Shown: positions 1-12,148, counted from the stretch's first letter. The stretch is 38,349 nt of DNA from an uncultured Clostridia bacterium (GCA_947624405.1 CANQKB010000003.1:1-38349), one strand, 5' to 3'. Translations and numbers: made by a program. The notes: a model not told the origin generated them from the letters alone.

Positions 1-2134
1 GTGCTTTCAGCTGGAAGCATGATACCTGCTGACCTTAGAATTATTGCATCAAAAGATTTATATGTTGGGCAATCTTCTCTAACTGGTGAATCTGAAAGTG
101 TAAAAAAATCAGCTGAAAACGAACTTTCAATTGATGAAATTGATAATATCTCTGACCTAGATTCAATTTGTTTTATGGGAACTAACGTTGTATCTGGTAG
201 TGCAAAAGGTGTAGTTATTAAGACTGGTAATTCAACATATTTTGGAAAAGTTGCTCGTACTATTAATGATGGTAAACCAAAAACTGCCTTTGAAAAAGGT
301 ATTGAAAGTATTAGTAAATTCCTTATTCGTTTAATGCTATTTATGATACCTCTTGTTTTTTTCCTGAATGCATGGAAACATGATATAATAACAGCATTTA
401 CATTTGCAGTTGCTATTGCTATTGGTATCACACCTCTTCTACTACCTGTAATATTATCTTCAAGCTTATCTAAAGGTGCTGTTAGAATGTCTAAGAAAAA
501 AACTATTGTTAAAAAATTAGATTCTATACAAAACTTCGGAGCAATAAATATTTTATGTACAGATAAAACTGGTACTTTAACAGAAGATAAAATAGTTCTT
601 GAAAAATACTTAGATACTAAAGGAGAAGAAGATTATAGAGTTCTTAAACATGCTTTTTTAAATGCATATTTTCAAACTGGATTAAAAGGAAATATGGATG
701 AAGCTGTTATTAATAGAGCACTTGAACATGATATGGAACCTCTAAAAACTAAGTATAAAAAAGTTGATGAAATTCCTTTTGATTTTTCTCGCAGACGTTT
801 ATCTGTTATTGTAAATGATGGAGAAAAATCTCAACTCATCACAAAAGGTGCTGTTGAAGAAATTTTAAGTATCTGTACATTTATAGATTACAAAGGTGAG
901 GTTTCTCGCATTACAAAAGAAGATAAAGAAAATATTTTAAAAATTTCAAAATCTCTAAATCAAGAAGGTTTTAGAGTTCTTGCTGTATGCCAAAAAAATA
1001 ATATTAATGGTATTACACACTTTACAGTTGCAAATGAGAATGAAATGGTGCTTCTTGGATTTATAGGTTTTTTAGATCCACCAAAAGAAAGTGCAAAAGA
1101 ATCTATTGAAAAGCTAAATAAAGCTGGTGTTCGCGTTATGGTTTTAACTGGAGATAACGCAGAAGTCACTCGTGCTATTTGTAGCAAAGTTGGTATAAAT
1201 TCTAAAAATATCATTCTCGGTAGTATGCTTGATAAATTATCTGATATTGCAGTCATGAGATTATTCAAAAGAGCTAATATTTATGCTAAGCTTTCACCTA
1301 TTCAAAAAGCAAGAATCGTAAGACTTTTGAAAGAAGCTGGTAACACTGTCGGCTATATGGGAGATGGAATCAATGATAGCCCTTCTCTTACCAATGCAGA
1401 TGTTGGTATTTCCGTTGATACTGCTGTTGACATTGCAAAAGAAACTGCCGATATTATCTTACTTGAAAAAGATTTAAACGTACTTTTAGATGGTGTTACT
1501 GAGGGTAGACGTACATTTGTTAATTTAATGAAATATATTAAACTTGCAACAAGTTTTAACTTTGGTGAAGTTATGTCTGTTATTATTGCAAGCATTTTGC
1601 TCCCTTTTCTTCCTGAGACACCAATTCAGTTATTAGTTGAAGGACTTTTATACGATTTTGGGCAAATGACTTTACCTTTTGATAATGTTGATAAAGAAGA
1701 TTTAAAAAAGCCGAAAAAGTTGTCTATTACCAGTTTAAAACATTTTATGCTATATATGGGACCTCTTAGTTCTGCTTTTGATATGATAGTTTTTGCATAT
1801 CTTATCTTCGTATTTAAATTACATGATCCTGCTACTTTCCAATCTGTATGGTTTAGTTACAGTATCGTTTCAAACTTAGTTGGTATGCATATTATTAGAA
1901 CTTCAAAAACACCTTTTGTAGAAAGTAATGCTCATAGAGCAGTATATCTCTCTTCTATTACTTTAATTATAATACGGAATACTCATACCATTTACTCCTT
2001 TAGGTGCTTTAATTGGGCTTGTACCTCTTGCATTCCAACATATTCTAATGATAGCTTGTGTAACATTCCTTTATTGTATTATCGCAGGAATTGCGAAAAA
2101 GAACTATATGAAAAAATATCATGAGTGGATTTAA
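1..2134 (+). CDS. mgtA: Magnesium-translocating P-type ATPase (5'-partial; +1 shift at CGGA 1975-1978)
   Basis: TGES, DKTGTLT and GDGIND motifs. Frame 1 turns to junk after ATA ATA CGG. Skipping the C gives GILIPFTPLGALIGLVPLA...KKNYMKKYHEWI* (TAA 2132-2134), the typical MgtA C-terminus, just before a terminator. Confidence 0.93.
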
Positions 2135-2143
2135 AATTATCCT

Positions 2144-2179
2144 AAAAAAAACTCTCTGGCTTAGCCAAAGAGTTTTTTT
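2144..2179. terminator. Bidirectional intrinsic terminator between convergent mgtA and manA
   Basis: AAAAAAAACTCTCTGGC-TTA-GCCAAAGAGTTTTTTT hairpin flanked by A and T tracts. Confidence 0.85.
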
Positions 2180-2180
2180 C

Positions 2181-3125
2181 TTAAACCCAAATCTTCATAA
2201 GTTTTAAATTTCCCAATATTGTGTATTCTCCAAGTGTTGCTGGAATAAGGAATGTATCTCCTTTTTCAATAGTTCGTATGAAGTTTCCTGCTTTAATACT
2301 TCCGCTTCCTTCTATTGCAACATATGCATAAAATGTTGATTTAGTTGAATTGTCATTTTCTGTTCCATTTACTTTGATAATATCAATATTAAATATATCA
2401 GATTTATATATATTCTCATTTTTGTTTAATTTACTATAATTGCAAACTTTATTTTCGTTATTTAAATTAATTACATCTAAAGCTTTTTCTTTGTGTAATT
2501 CTCTTGGTTTACCATTTTTATCTACTCTATTCCAGTCATATACCCTATATGTTATATCACTGCTTTGTTGGACTTCACACACAACTACTCCATCCATAAT
2601 TGCATGAATAGTTCCTGACGGTATAGGTATAAAATCACCTTTATGCACATCTATATAATTAACATTCTCTTCTATATCGTCAATAGCATTTTTTAGCTTA
2701 TCCTTTGTTACTCCTTCTTTTAATCCATATACAATTTTAGCATTTTCTTTACATTCCATTACATACCAAACTTCAGACTTTCCAGAATCATTCTCATTTT
2801 TGTTTGCATATTCATCATTTGGATGCACTTGTATTGATAAATTTCTATTTGCATCTATGAATTTAGTAAGTATGGGAAATTTTTCTAATGGCATACAGTT
2901 TGTACCAAAAATTTGCTTTTTAACTTTTTCATCATTGAACAAATCATACAAACTTTTGCCTTTAAATTCAGTGTTTTGAATCAAGCTAAGTCCATTCTTA
3001 TGTGCAGATATTTCCCAGCTCTCTCCTATGTCATCTCCTACTACATTTCTTTTAAATATTTTTGATATATTATTTCCACCCCATATTACATGCTTATATA
3101 CGGGTTCGAAAAATATAGGTTCCAT
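2181..3125 (-). CDS. manA: Mannose-6-phosphate isomerase, class I
   Basis: WGG, GESWEISAH, LSIQVHP, GKSEVWY and EVQQSSDITYRVYDWNR motifs. Confidence 0.95.
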   Translation of the reverse strand: MEPIFFEPVYKHVIWGGNNISKIFKRNVVGDDIGESWEISAHKNGLSLIQNTEFKGKSLYDLFNDEKVKKQIFGTNCMPLEKFPILTKFIDANRNLSIQVHPNDEYANKNENDSGKSEVWYVMECKENAKIVYGLKEGVTKDKLKNAIDDIEENVNYIDVHKGDFIPIPSGTIHAIMDGVVVCEVQQSSDITYRVYDWNRVDKNGKPRELHKEKALDVINLNNENKVCNYSKLNKNENIYKSDIFNIDIIKVNGTENDNSTKSTFYAYVAIEGSGSIKAGNFIRTIEKGDTFLIPATLGEYTILGNLKLMKIWV

Positions 3126-3171
3126 TTGTTTTCTCTCTTTCTATTTAAACTATTTTTACTCATACTTCTAT

Positions 3172-3200
3172 ATTTTACCATATTTTTTCAGTTTTTGCAA
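3172..3200 (-). promoter_or_regulatory. Putative sigma-A promoter for manA
   Basis: Minus strand TTGCAA-17 nt-TAAAAT with extended -10 TG. Confidence 0.55.
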
Positions 3201-3203
3201 CCC

Positions 3204-4931
3204 CTATACTTCGCACATTTGAAGCATACTATTTTTTAGTTCTTCTAATTCTGCATTTGCCTCTTCCATTGTAGCCTTTTTCACACCCATATAGAACTTA
3301 ATTTTTGGTTCTGTTCCTGATGGACGTACACAGCACCAAGCATCATTTTCAAGTGCATAATACAATACATTTGATACAGGAAGTTCTGTTTCTCCTTTTT
3401 CTCCTGTAATTAAATTATGAGTAACTTTTGTTTTATAATCTCTAATTTCTTCTACCTTAAATTTACCAACATTACTTGAAGGATTATTTCTTAGTTTATC
3501 CATTATTTTGCTAATCTTTTCTTGTCCATCTATTCCTTTCATAGTAATTGTTTGAAGAGTTTCTCTATAATAGCCATATTTTTCATATATTTTTATCATT
3601 TGTTCCCATAATGTTAATCCCTGTGCTTTATAGAATGCCGCTGCTTCTGCAAGTAACATTACTGCAACAACAGAGTCTTTATCTCTTGCATGTGTACCTG
3701 CAAGACAACCATAACTTTCTTCAAAACCAAATAAATATTCATAGCTATTATTTTGTTCAAAGAATTTTATTTGCTCTCCAATGAATTTAAATCCTGTTAG
3801 TGTTTCTATTTCTTTTATTCCATATTCTTTTGCAAGTGCTTTTGTCATATTAGATGATACTATCGTTGTAACTATTGCTCCATTTTTTGGAATCATTCCT
3901 CTCTTTTTCTTCTCTGATAAAATATATTCTGCAATTAATAATGCTGACATATTACCTGTAAATGTTACATATTCTCCTGTTTTTGGATCTTTTGCATACA
4001 CACCAAGTCTATCTGCATCAGGGTCAGTTGCAAGCACAACATCAGCATTTTTTTCTTTTGCAAGCTTTAATGCTAAATCAAATGCTTTTGGATCTTCTGG
4101 ATTTGGATAACTAACTGTTGGAAAATTACCATCTGGTAATTCTTGTTCAGGTACTACATATACATTCTTAAATCCAAGCTCTGCAAGTATTCTTCTAACT
4201 GGTTTATTTCCTGTTCCATGTAATGGGGTATATACTATTGTTATTTCATCTGCCATTTTCTTTATAATATCCATATTTAGAGATTGTTTCTTCAATTCTT
4301 CCATGTATCTATCATCTATTTCTTTTCCTATTACATTATATAACCCTTTTGCAACCGCTTCTTCTTTTTCCATATTTTTTATTTCTGAATAATCTTTTAC
4401 ATTATTTACTTCTGTAATTATTTCTTTATCTCTAGGTGGAGTTACTTGTGCTCCATCTTCCCAATAAGCTTTATATCCATTGTATTCTGGTGGATTATGA
4501 CTTGCTGTAATTACAATTCCTGCTATACATCCAAGTTCTCTTACCGCAAATGAAAGTTCTGGAGTTGGTCTTAAAGATTCAAATCTATATGTTTTTATTC
4601 CATTTGCATTTAAAATTAGTGCTGCTTTTTCGCTAAATTCTGGAGACATATTTCTTGAATCATATGCAATAGCCACTCCTTTATCTTCTCCATGTTCCTT
4701 TTTTATATAGTTTGCAAGACCTTGTGTTGCTTTTCCTACTGTATAAATATTCATTCTGTTGGTTCCCGCTCCTATTACGCCTCTTAAACCTCCTGTACCA
4801 AATTCTAGTTCTTTATAGAACCTATCTTGTATTTCTTTTTCATTTCCCTTTATGCTTAATAACTCTTCTTTCGTTTTTTCATCAAATATTGGATTTTTAC
4901 ACCACTCCTCATATTTTTCTAAATAATCCAT
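3204..4931 (-). CDS. pgm: Phosphoglucomutase/phosphomannomutase
   Basis: FGTGGLRG, TASHNP, DPDADR, FEESYG and RPSGTEPKIK motifs. Confidence 0.93.
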   Translation of the reverse strand: MDYLEKYEEWCKNPIFDEKTKEELLSIKGNEKEIQDRFYKELEFGTGGLRGVIGAGTNRMNIYTVGKATQGLANYIKKEHGEDKGVAIAYDSRNMSPEFSEKAALILNANGIKTYRFESLRPTPELSFAVRELGCIAGIVITASHNPPEYNGYKAYWEDGAQVTPPRDKEIITEVNNVKDYSEIKNMEKEEAVAKGLYNVIGKEIDDRYMEELKKQSLNMDIIKKMADEITIVYTPLHGTGNKPVRRILAELGFKNVYVVPEQELPDGNFPTVSYPNPEDPKAFDLALKLAKEKNADVVLATDPDADRLGVYAKDPKTGEYVTFTGNMSALLIAEYILSEKKKRGMIPKNGAIVTTIVSSNMTKALAKEYGIKEIETLTGFKFIGEQIKFFEQNNSYEYLFGFEESYGCLAGTHARDKDSVVAVMLLAEAAAFYKAQGLTLWEQMIKIYEKYGYYRETLQTITMKGIDGQEKISKIMDKLRNNPSSNVGKFKVEEIRDYKTKVTHNLITGEKGETELPVSNVLYYALENDAWCCVRPSGTEPKIKFYMGVKKATMEEANAELEELKNSMLQMCEV

Positions 4932-4958
4932 TTTAACCTCCTCTTAAAATATATTTTT

Positions 4959-6671
4959 TTATTTTTTTACCTGTAGTTCCATATGTAATTTTGAATAATT
5001 TTCATCACTTACATATACATCAAAATGCCCTGTTCCTATATCGACTTTTTTTACTCCCTCTGTTGTAACAGCAGTATTTTTAATCATAATAATTGCTACT
5101 TTTTTATCTTCTGTATTTTCTTCTAACACTGGTGACTTAAAGTATTTTTCATAATCACAATTTAAAGTTCCAAAGAAATAATATTCATCTAAATTAAAAG
5201 CATATACTTTATCATAATCTTGTTTTAAAAATTTTGCAAGTTTTATATGATCTGATATTAATGTCTCACCATTTAGATGAATATTTGACCACCATTGAAA
5301 TACTTTACTATTAATAGGTATTATAAATAACAAAAACACTACAAAACCTGCTATATATATGTTAGTATTTTTTATTTTACCTCTTCTTTTTAGTTCTAAC
5401 CATAATAGCACAATCACAAGAATTATTTCTATAATTAATAACCCCATCTTATTTTTTGTAACATTAAGGTAAAACAATGCTTCAAATACATATGCATCAA
5501 TTACAGATATATTATACGATGTTTTCACAAACCATACATCAATATATAATATTATCAAAGTGCAAATCAAATATATCCATTTCGATACTTTCATCTTTTT
5601 ATCTTTTAATTTCATAAACAAAAGTATATATGGAATCATAAATACAGCTAAATATCTAACACATATTTTCCACGGTAATATTTTATTTGCTTCTTCTGGT
5701 ATATACACAATTATAGAACTTTCTATTGCTGTTAATATTGTTGCAATTGCAATAAAGCTCAAAAATTTTCGGTCTTCTTTTGAATATTCCTTATAATTAA
5801 ATAATGGCATTAATACTGGTATCATTCCAAATGAAAATATTGAAAATATCAAATAGCAAAAAAATCCATATATAAAATATCCAACTTTTTTTAATGATAA
5901 TGGGAAAATGCTCATAATTTGCGTACTATAATGGTTTGTCCCAGTTTGAAAATCATTTATTGCATATATTATAAAAAGCCCTATTGAGATTATTACACAA
6001 AATATTAACCCCTCTATAAAAACATTACGTACTTCTTTCCAATCTTTTTCTTTTACATTGTAAATTAGCAAACATAAGAAATAACTTCCTGCAAAAACTA
6101 TTGCATATGATTTTGTAAAAAATATCAATGCTAATAAGAGTAAAATGATTGCTTCCCTTTTCATGCTCTTTTCTTCAGTAAATTTACAATATACAAAATA
6201 TGCTATCCATAAAAATATTGGATAATTAAGATTTTCTTGTATTAAGAAACTACTAGATAGCATATCTGGTACTATTAGCATAAATCCTGCAATGAACAAA
6301 GCTTTGAACTTGCTATCAAGTATTTTTTTGCCAAGTAAATATGCTGGAAATATGCTAGATACAATCAATAAAACACCTATCATTCTCATGATAAATAAGA
6401 TATTCTCTGGCGTATAAAAGAAATATGCAACAGATAAAATTATTGAATATACAACACAGCTATAATTCATTATCGTATATTCTCTTGAGAAATTACCTTC
6501 ATAGAAAAACGACCTTGCCATATTCACATATAAATCTTCATCATTTTGTACATATAATGGCATACTCATATTTTTTGCTATAAACCCATACAAAATAATG
6601 CCTACAATAAATAATATTATTAAGCACAATTTTGTATGTTTTTCTAACCATGATTCAATATTTACATTCAT
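4959..6671 (-). CDS. Polytopic membrane protein, probable GT-C fold (PMT-like) glycosyltransferase
   Basis: Many TM segments. Acidic DE motif (QNDEDLY) in the first external loop. Located in the glycan locus. Confidence 0.55.
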   Translation of the reverse strand: MNVNIESWLEKHTKLCLIILFIVGIILYGFIAKNMSMPLYVQNDEDLYVNMARSFFYEGNFSREYTIMNYSCVVYSIILSVAYFFYTPENILFIMRMIGVLLIVSSIFPAYLLGKKILDSKFKALFIAGFMLIVPDMLSSSFLIQENLNYPIFLWIAYFVYCKFTEEKSMKREAIILLLLALIFFTKSYAIVFAGSYFLCLLIYNVKEKDWKEVRNVFIEGLIFCVIISIGLFIIYAINDFQTGTNHYSTQIMSIFPLSLKKVGYFIYGFFCYLIFSIFSFGMIPVLMPLFNYKEYSKEDRKFLSFIAIATILTAIESSIIVYIPEEANKILPWKICVRYLAVFMIPYILLFMKLKDKKMKVSKWIYLICTLIILYIDVWFVKTSYNISVIDAYVFEALFYLNVTKNKMGLLIIEIILVIVLLWLELKRRGKIKNTNIYIAGFVVFLLFIIPINSKVFQWWSNIHLNGETLISDHIKLAKFLKQDYDKVYAFNLDEYYFFGTLNCDYEKYFKSPVLEENTEDKKVAIIMIKNTAVTTEGVKKVDIGTGHFDVYVSDENYSKLHMELQVKK

Positions 6672-6712
6672 TTATTATTCCCTTTCTCTTACGTAAAATC
6701 AAGTTGTCATTT

Positions 6713-8284
6713 TTATGTTAATTTATTTGTAATCTTATTTAAAGCTGATTTTGCATATTTCTTAGCTAAATCCTTTGTATATTTAAATTCTTTTGTTCTA
6801 AACATTAATACAATCAAAATAATATTTGAAACAATAACAGCAATTACTGCTTTTAAAATAAACATACCAAGCCCTGGCATACCATATGTTGCTCCAGCTA
6901 TGTATCTTACTGCTAAATATGTTGCTGTGTACATTATTACTGTTACAATTAAATAAATTATATATTTTATATAATATTTTGTACTTTTACTTTTTAACAC
7001 ATATTTAAAAGCTAGATGTGGTTCAACTGGTAAATCAACAACTAGTATAGTTACAATCGTTCCAATAAATACACCTGCAATTCCTATTGTTTTAACTAAT
7101 ATTAATGACACAACTAAATTAACTGCAACTTCCCACAAAGGCTTTGTTTTTCCATTCCAATATATTCCTGCTGCTTCGCAAAACATCCATGGTGTTTTTC
7201 TCATCATATCTAAATATAATCTAATTGATATGAGAATAGTTATAAATTCGCTCATCAAATAATTCTCATTTGAAATTACTAATATAAAAGGTCCTATCAA
7301 TGCTCCAAAACAACATGTGCAAAATGATGCTATCCAAAAATTAAGGAAATTTATGTTATAAAATACCTCTTGTTGAGCTTCTTCTGAACGTGTTACATGT
7401 AAATTTCCAACGCTTGATACAACCGCAGAAAATATTTGATTAATTAAAGTTGTCAATGCTTTTGTAATCATCAAATAATTTGAGTATATTCCTGTCATTA
7501 CAAGCCCTATATATTTTGATATAAGAAGATTATCTGTTGCATCTCTTATTATGCTACCAACTTTATGAAAAACCATTGCAACAACATTTTTCTTTATTTC
7601 TCCAAATGTTTCTTCATCTAATTTTTCTACTTCTTTTTCTTTAAGATATGGATATTGTTTCATTGCAATTCTAGATGCAATAAAGTTAGTCAAAATCGTT
7701 CCTACAACTTGAGCACCCAAATACCACATATAGTTACGTGTAACATATATCAATACAATTTGTATAATTGATATACTTACTGTTACTCCAGTTTGTATAG
7801 ATATGTCAAGGTATTTTTTCTGGTCACTTACAAGCAAAGTTCTATAATATGAATAAAAATACGATATTCCAGTATCAAAAACAAAAATCCAATATATAAT
7901 ATTAAGATTTGGTATGTTCTCTGGCATTTCATTTATGAAAAATCCATAAAATGGCGTAAAGGCAACACCTGCTATTAATATAAATGTACCAATTGCTCTA
8001 TATGCTTTTCTAAATAAATTCATTAATGCTTTTACTTTATTTGTATCATTATTTGCAAGCGGTTTATATAAGCTATAAGCTATTGCAGGTCCTATACCCA
8101 ATTCAACTAATTGCAAAGTTGTTAATATATCAGTAAATAATCCATTTACCCCTAAATATTCACCAATTACTCTTATAAAAGCAATACGAACTAATAACTT
8201 TATAAGTTGTTGTATAAGTTGTGCACCTATTGAAAATGCTGCATTTTTTACAGACTGCTTAGTTCTTTGCATTTTTTGTATCAT
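6713..8284 (-). CDS. wzx: Polysaccharide flippase (Wzx/MOP family)
   Basis: About 12-14 TM segments, ELGIGPAIAYSLYKP and TDNLLISKYIG motifs typical of Firmicute flippases. Confidence 0.85.
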   Translation of the reverse strand: MIQKMQRTKQSVKNAAFSIGAQLIQQLIKLLVRIAFIRVIGEYLGVNGLFTDILTTLQLVELGIGPAIAYSLYKPLANNDTNKVKALMNLFRKAYRAIGTFILIAGVAFTPFYGFFINEMPENIPNLNIIYWIFVFDTGISYFYSYYRTLLVSDQKKYLDISIQTGVTVSISIIQIVLIYVTRNYMWYLGAQVVGTILTNFIASRIAMKQYPYLKEKEVEKLDEETFGEIKKNVVAMVFHKVGSIIRDATDNLLISKYIGLVMTGIYSNYLMITKALTTLINQIFSAVVSSVGNLHVTRSEEAQQEVFYNINFLNFWIASFCTCCFGALIGPFILVISNENYLMSEFITILISIRLYLDMMRKTPWMFCEAAGIYWNGKTKPLWEVAVNLVVSLILVKTIGIAGVFIGTIVTILVVDLPVEPHLAFKYVLKSKSTKYYIKYIIYLIVTVIMYTATYLAVRYIAGATYGMPGLGMFILKAVIAVIVSNIILIVLMFRTKEFKYTKDLAKKYAKSALNKITNKLT

Positions 8285-9437
8285 TCCTTCCTAAAATTCT
8301 GTCAATTAATTTCATATATTTTTTTGCTATTTTTTCTAGATTATATTCTTCTTCTAGTTTTTTGGCTATTTCTTCTAATTTTTCTTTTGATGGTTTATTA
8401 TTTAAAACTTCTAATATTTTATTTGCAAGTTCTTTTTCATCGATTGCATTTTCATAATAGAATACTTCATTCATTGTCGCCTCAGGAAGTGCTGTCTCTT
8501 TTGTTGATATTACTGGTATTTTGCAAAGTGCAGCTTCAACTGGTGTTCTTCCAAATCCTTCTCCTAATGATGTTGTTACAAATAAATCAGCATTATAAAA
8601 TAAAGCATTCCTATCTTCATCAGTTATATATGAAAGAATTGTTACTCTATCTTTTAAATTATTTTTTTCTATATAATCTAAAACTTCATTATAACCACTC
8701 TTACCTGAATTCAGCTCTGGTCTTCCTACTAATACCAATTTATGTGGAATCTTTTCCTTTATTTCATTGAATGCTTTTACAAGTGTTATTTGATTCTTAT
8801 ATCTAAAAAATGCATTTATATTAAAAATATACGGAGCCTCTGTTTTTATTATATCTACTACTTTTTTATTCCCTTTTTCTAATTTTTCAATAGAACTTGG
8901 TATTACAGTTATTTCTCCTTTATAATTAGGATTTATTTCCATGAGCCTTTTTTTTGAATATTCTGAAAGAGTAACTATATATTCTGATTTATTCATTAAC
9001 TCTACATTTTCTTTTTTTAGTTTTTCATATTCTACTGATTTTTTGTCAGCTATCTCATCTAAAGGTATCAAATCTAAAATAGCTATTGCTTTTTTCTGCT
9101 TATCTACTATTGAAACATTCTTGTTTATATATGGATATAGTATTATATCACATTTTTCTTTCTCTATCTTTTTCTTTTTTATATATTTAACGATTTTTAC
9201 GTTATTTATCCTTTTTATATATCTTACATTTTTAAACCATCTTTTTATTGGTACAACTTTATAATTTGAATATTTGTTTTTAAAATTTTCGTATAAATTA
9301 TCATTTACAAATAACACTATTTCATAGTCTTTATTTACTTTAGAAATTCCTTCTACAATTTCTTCTCCATATTTTCTAATACCACTAACTTCATCTTCTA
9401 AAATATATGTAAAATCTATTCCCACTTTATAGCTCAT
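8259..9437 (-). CDS. Glycosyltransferase family 4
   Basis: EGFGRTPVEA (EX7E) motif, GT-B layout. Confidence 0.9.
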   Translation of the reverse strand: MSYKVGIDFTYILEDEVSGIRKYGEEIVEGISKVNKDYEIVLFVNDNLYENFKNKYSNYKVVPIKRWFKNVRYIKRINNVKIVKYIKKKKIEKEKCDIILYPYINKNVSIVDKQKKAIAILDLIPLDEIADKKSVEYEKLKKENVELMNKSEYIVTLSEYSKKRLMEINPNYKGEITVIPSSIEKLEKGNKKVVDIIKTEAPYIFNINAFFRYKNQITLVKAFNEIKEKIPHKLVLVGRPELNSGKSGYNEVLDYIEKNNLKDRVTILSYITDEDRNALFYNADLFVTTSLGEGFGRTPVEAALCKIPVISTKETALPEATMNEVFYYENAIDEKELANKILEVLNNKPSKEKLEEIAKKLEEEYNLEKIAKKYMKLIDRILGRNDTKNAKN

Positions 9438-9473
9438 AGCATCCCATTCCTTTCCAAGGAACCACTTAAGTTT

Positions 9474-10599
9474 TTAACTTATGACCTTTAATGTCTCTTT
9501 AGCACATTTTTCCCAAGAAAACTTCTTTACCTGTTCTAGTCCTTTTTCTATTCTTTTGCTTTTTTCTAACTCATCTAATTTCATAACTTCCATTACCTTT
9601 TTACCTAATTCTTCATAATTAAGTGTATCGTTATAATAAAATGCAACATCTCCTCCAACTTCTGGAAGTGATGAATTATTTGCCGTTACCACTAATGCTT
9701 TATTCGCCATTGCTTCTAATATTGGAAGTCCAAACCCCTCATATAGTGAAGGATATACGAAACATTTTGTATTCGCATATAAATATACTTTTTCTTCACT
9801 AGAAATATACCCTGGCATGATTATATCCTCTTTATACTTAGATTCTTCATAAAGTTTTATTACATTTTCATATTTCCATCCAAGTCCACCTGCAATTATT
9901 AATTTTAAATTTGTATTTTCTTTTTCTTTAATATAATTAAATGCTTTTATAAGTGTTTCTACATTTTTTCTAGGTTCTATTGTACTTATAAAAAATATAT
10001 ATGGTATATCTTTTATGCTGAATTTTTCTTTTATTTCTTTTTCTTGCTCATTAGTAATTTCTTTACTATTTTTAGAAATATTGGCTCCATTATAAACTAT
10101 TTTTATTTTATTATCTGGCACTTTGTATAAATCTATAATATCCTGTTTCGTTGCTTTTGAAATTGCTATAATTTCATCAGCATTTTTCATACTTTTACCT
10201 AAAAATATTTTTTGTACTAATGTATTTTTGAAAGAACCAACTGTCTTAAACTTTTTTATTGCTAAATCATGTATTGTTAATACGAATTTAATATTTTTCG
10301 TATATTTATTCTTTTTTGGAAGACAATGCTGTGTTCCCCAAAACACATCTACTTTATCTTCTTTTAGTATTTTAGGTAATTTGAAATAAATAAATAAACT
10401 TCCGCAAGCCACCGTTGTTTTCTTTTATTGTCATTTTTTTCTTTATTTCTTCATCTATATCTATAGATTTATTAGAATACAATATATATTTGTTTTCTGT
10501 ATCATTTAATTCACTTATTTCTTTTATAATTTTTTCAATATATATTGGTATTCCTGTTTTTTTACCATTTAACCCTCTAGCATCTATTCCTATAACCAC
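9474..10599 (-). CDS. Glycosyltransferase family 4 (GTG start; +1 shift at CGGA 10404-10401; ~374 aa)
   Basis: N-terminus MVIGIDAR...GIPIY is joined to TIHDL, EPRKN and EGFGLPILEA by reading TTG C-GGA AGT TTA. Confidence 0.88.
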
Positions 10600-10610
10600 T
10601 ACATTTCCTC

Positions 10611-12110
10611 CTATTCATCTAGTGTAGCATATTTATATCCAAATACAATCATCATCCAATAAAATGTTAATACTAAATCTGGAACACCCATACAAAATGC
10701 AACTGTAGTACTTATAATGCTTATCAAAAACATTACACTAACAGACTCATTTTGCTTTCTATACTTCATTAATGCTTTCACTACAACAAATAAAATATAG
10801 AAAAATGCAATTATTCCTACAATTCCTGCATTTAACAAAATATTAGTAAATAAACTAAATGTTCTGTATGAGCCAAATCCAAGACCAAATATTGGAGAAT
10901 ATCTAAACATCTCTAGACCTATCATGTCTCCAGATAATCTTTCTTGTCCTGATCCTGATGTCAATTTATCTATAGTCATCTGTTTTAATGTTTTCAATAC
11001 ATTTTGAAATACTGATTCATATTGTGGTGGTTCTTCTGTAGTTACTTGTTGGGTTGGTTGTTCAACTTGTATTCTGTGAATTGTTCCTATCTTATATCCA
11101 ACTTTCATAAATCCTAAGCATAAAATTCCCGCTACTGCAATTGATGCAACCGTTGTAACAAGCATTTTTAAGAAATTCTTTCCTTTATTGTCTAGTTCAC
11201 CATTTTTTATATATCCAAATAATATGTATAAACCATATAATCCATATGCAGCAATTAATCCAACATATGTAGTACTAGATGTTGTAAGTACTGCACATGA
11301 TGTTGCTAATAATAAAACTGCAAAGGTCTTAATATATTTTTTTGTTTTTATCCTTTCCTTTAAAGCTAAAAATGTACCTAAAGCAAATGGTATAAAACAA
11401 ATCAAATTAACAGCAAATGTAGATGGTTCTAATGCAATAGAGCAAATTCTTTTTACATTATTTGCGATTTGTTCATACCCCTGTTCTGCATAAATATTAT
11501 TATTAAATAAAAATGCAGGATATGGTATTCCTAAATAAAATCCTATAAATTGAAGTAATCCCCACACTATTGCAAATACTGAACTTGCACAAAAAACTCT
11601 TAAAAGGTCTCTTACTTCATCTTTTGTCTTTATTTTAAATGATAATACTATCATTATTACAAATACAAATGTTACTATTATACCTTGTGTTACATTCGCC
11701 ATACCAAATTTTAGCCTTGCTGGTTCTCCGTGAATATCTATATAATCAACTGATATTCCAGTTACAACAAGTGCTAATTCACCTAATAATATAGCAATAA
11801 TAAATATTAGGAAAGCTAATGCTAATTTATTTTCTTTAAATTTTTGTACCCAATCTTTAAAAAATTCTTTATTTATTTTTGGTTTTGATTTTATAAAATT
11901 TACAAATTGTCTTAATAGCCAAATGGCTCCTGTAAATTCAAAAGTTTGTATTGGTGTAGTAGTAGCATTTATATGCATTAATTCTGTTGCTGTAAATGTT
12001 GATAAAAATACCATTATGTATAATAATAGCTTTTCATTCTTAAAAAAAGCATATATTGATAATATTATTGTAATAACTCCAATTATTGTTATTTCCATTT
12101 GTATAACCAT
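10611..12110 (-). CDS. wzy: O-antigen polymerase/ligase-like membrane protein
   Basis: Multi-TM protein with RICSIALEPS, LTTSST, SGQER and PIFGLGFGSY motifs. Confidence 0.7.
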   Translation of the reverse strand: MVIQMEITIIGVITIILSIYAFFKNEKLLLYIMVFLSTFTATELMHINATTTPIQTFEFTGAIWLLRQFVNFIKSKPKINKEFFKDWVQKFKENKLALAFLIFIIAILLGELALVVTGISVDYIDIHGEPARLKFGMANVTQGIIVTFVFVIMIVLSFKIKTKDEVRDLLRVFCASSVFAIVWGLLQFIGFYLGIPYPAFLFNNNIYAEQGYEQIANNVKRICSIALEPSTFAVNLICFIPFALGTFLALKERIKTKKYIKTFAVLLLATSCAVLTTSSTTYVGLIAAYGLYGLYILFGYIKNGELDNKGKNFLKMLVTTVASIAVAGILCLGFMKVGYKIGTIHRIQVEQPTQQVTTEEPPQYESVFQNVLKTLKQMTIDKLTSGSGQERLSGDMIGLEMFRYSPIFGLGFGSYRTFSLFTNILLNAGIVGIIAFFYILFVVVKALMKYRKQNESVSVMFLISIISTTVAFCMGVPDLVLTFYWMMIVFGYKYATLDE

Positions 12111-12148
12111 TCCTTTCTAAGGAACAAACAAGTTTGCTCTTCTCTTTT

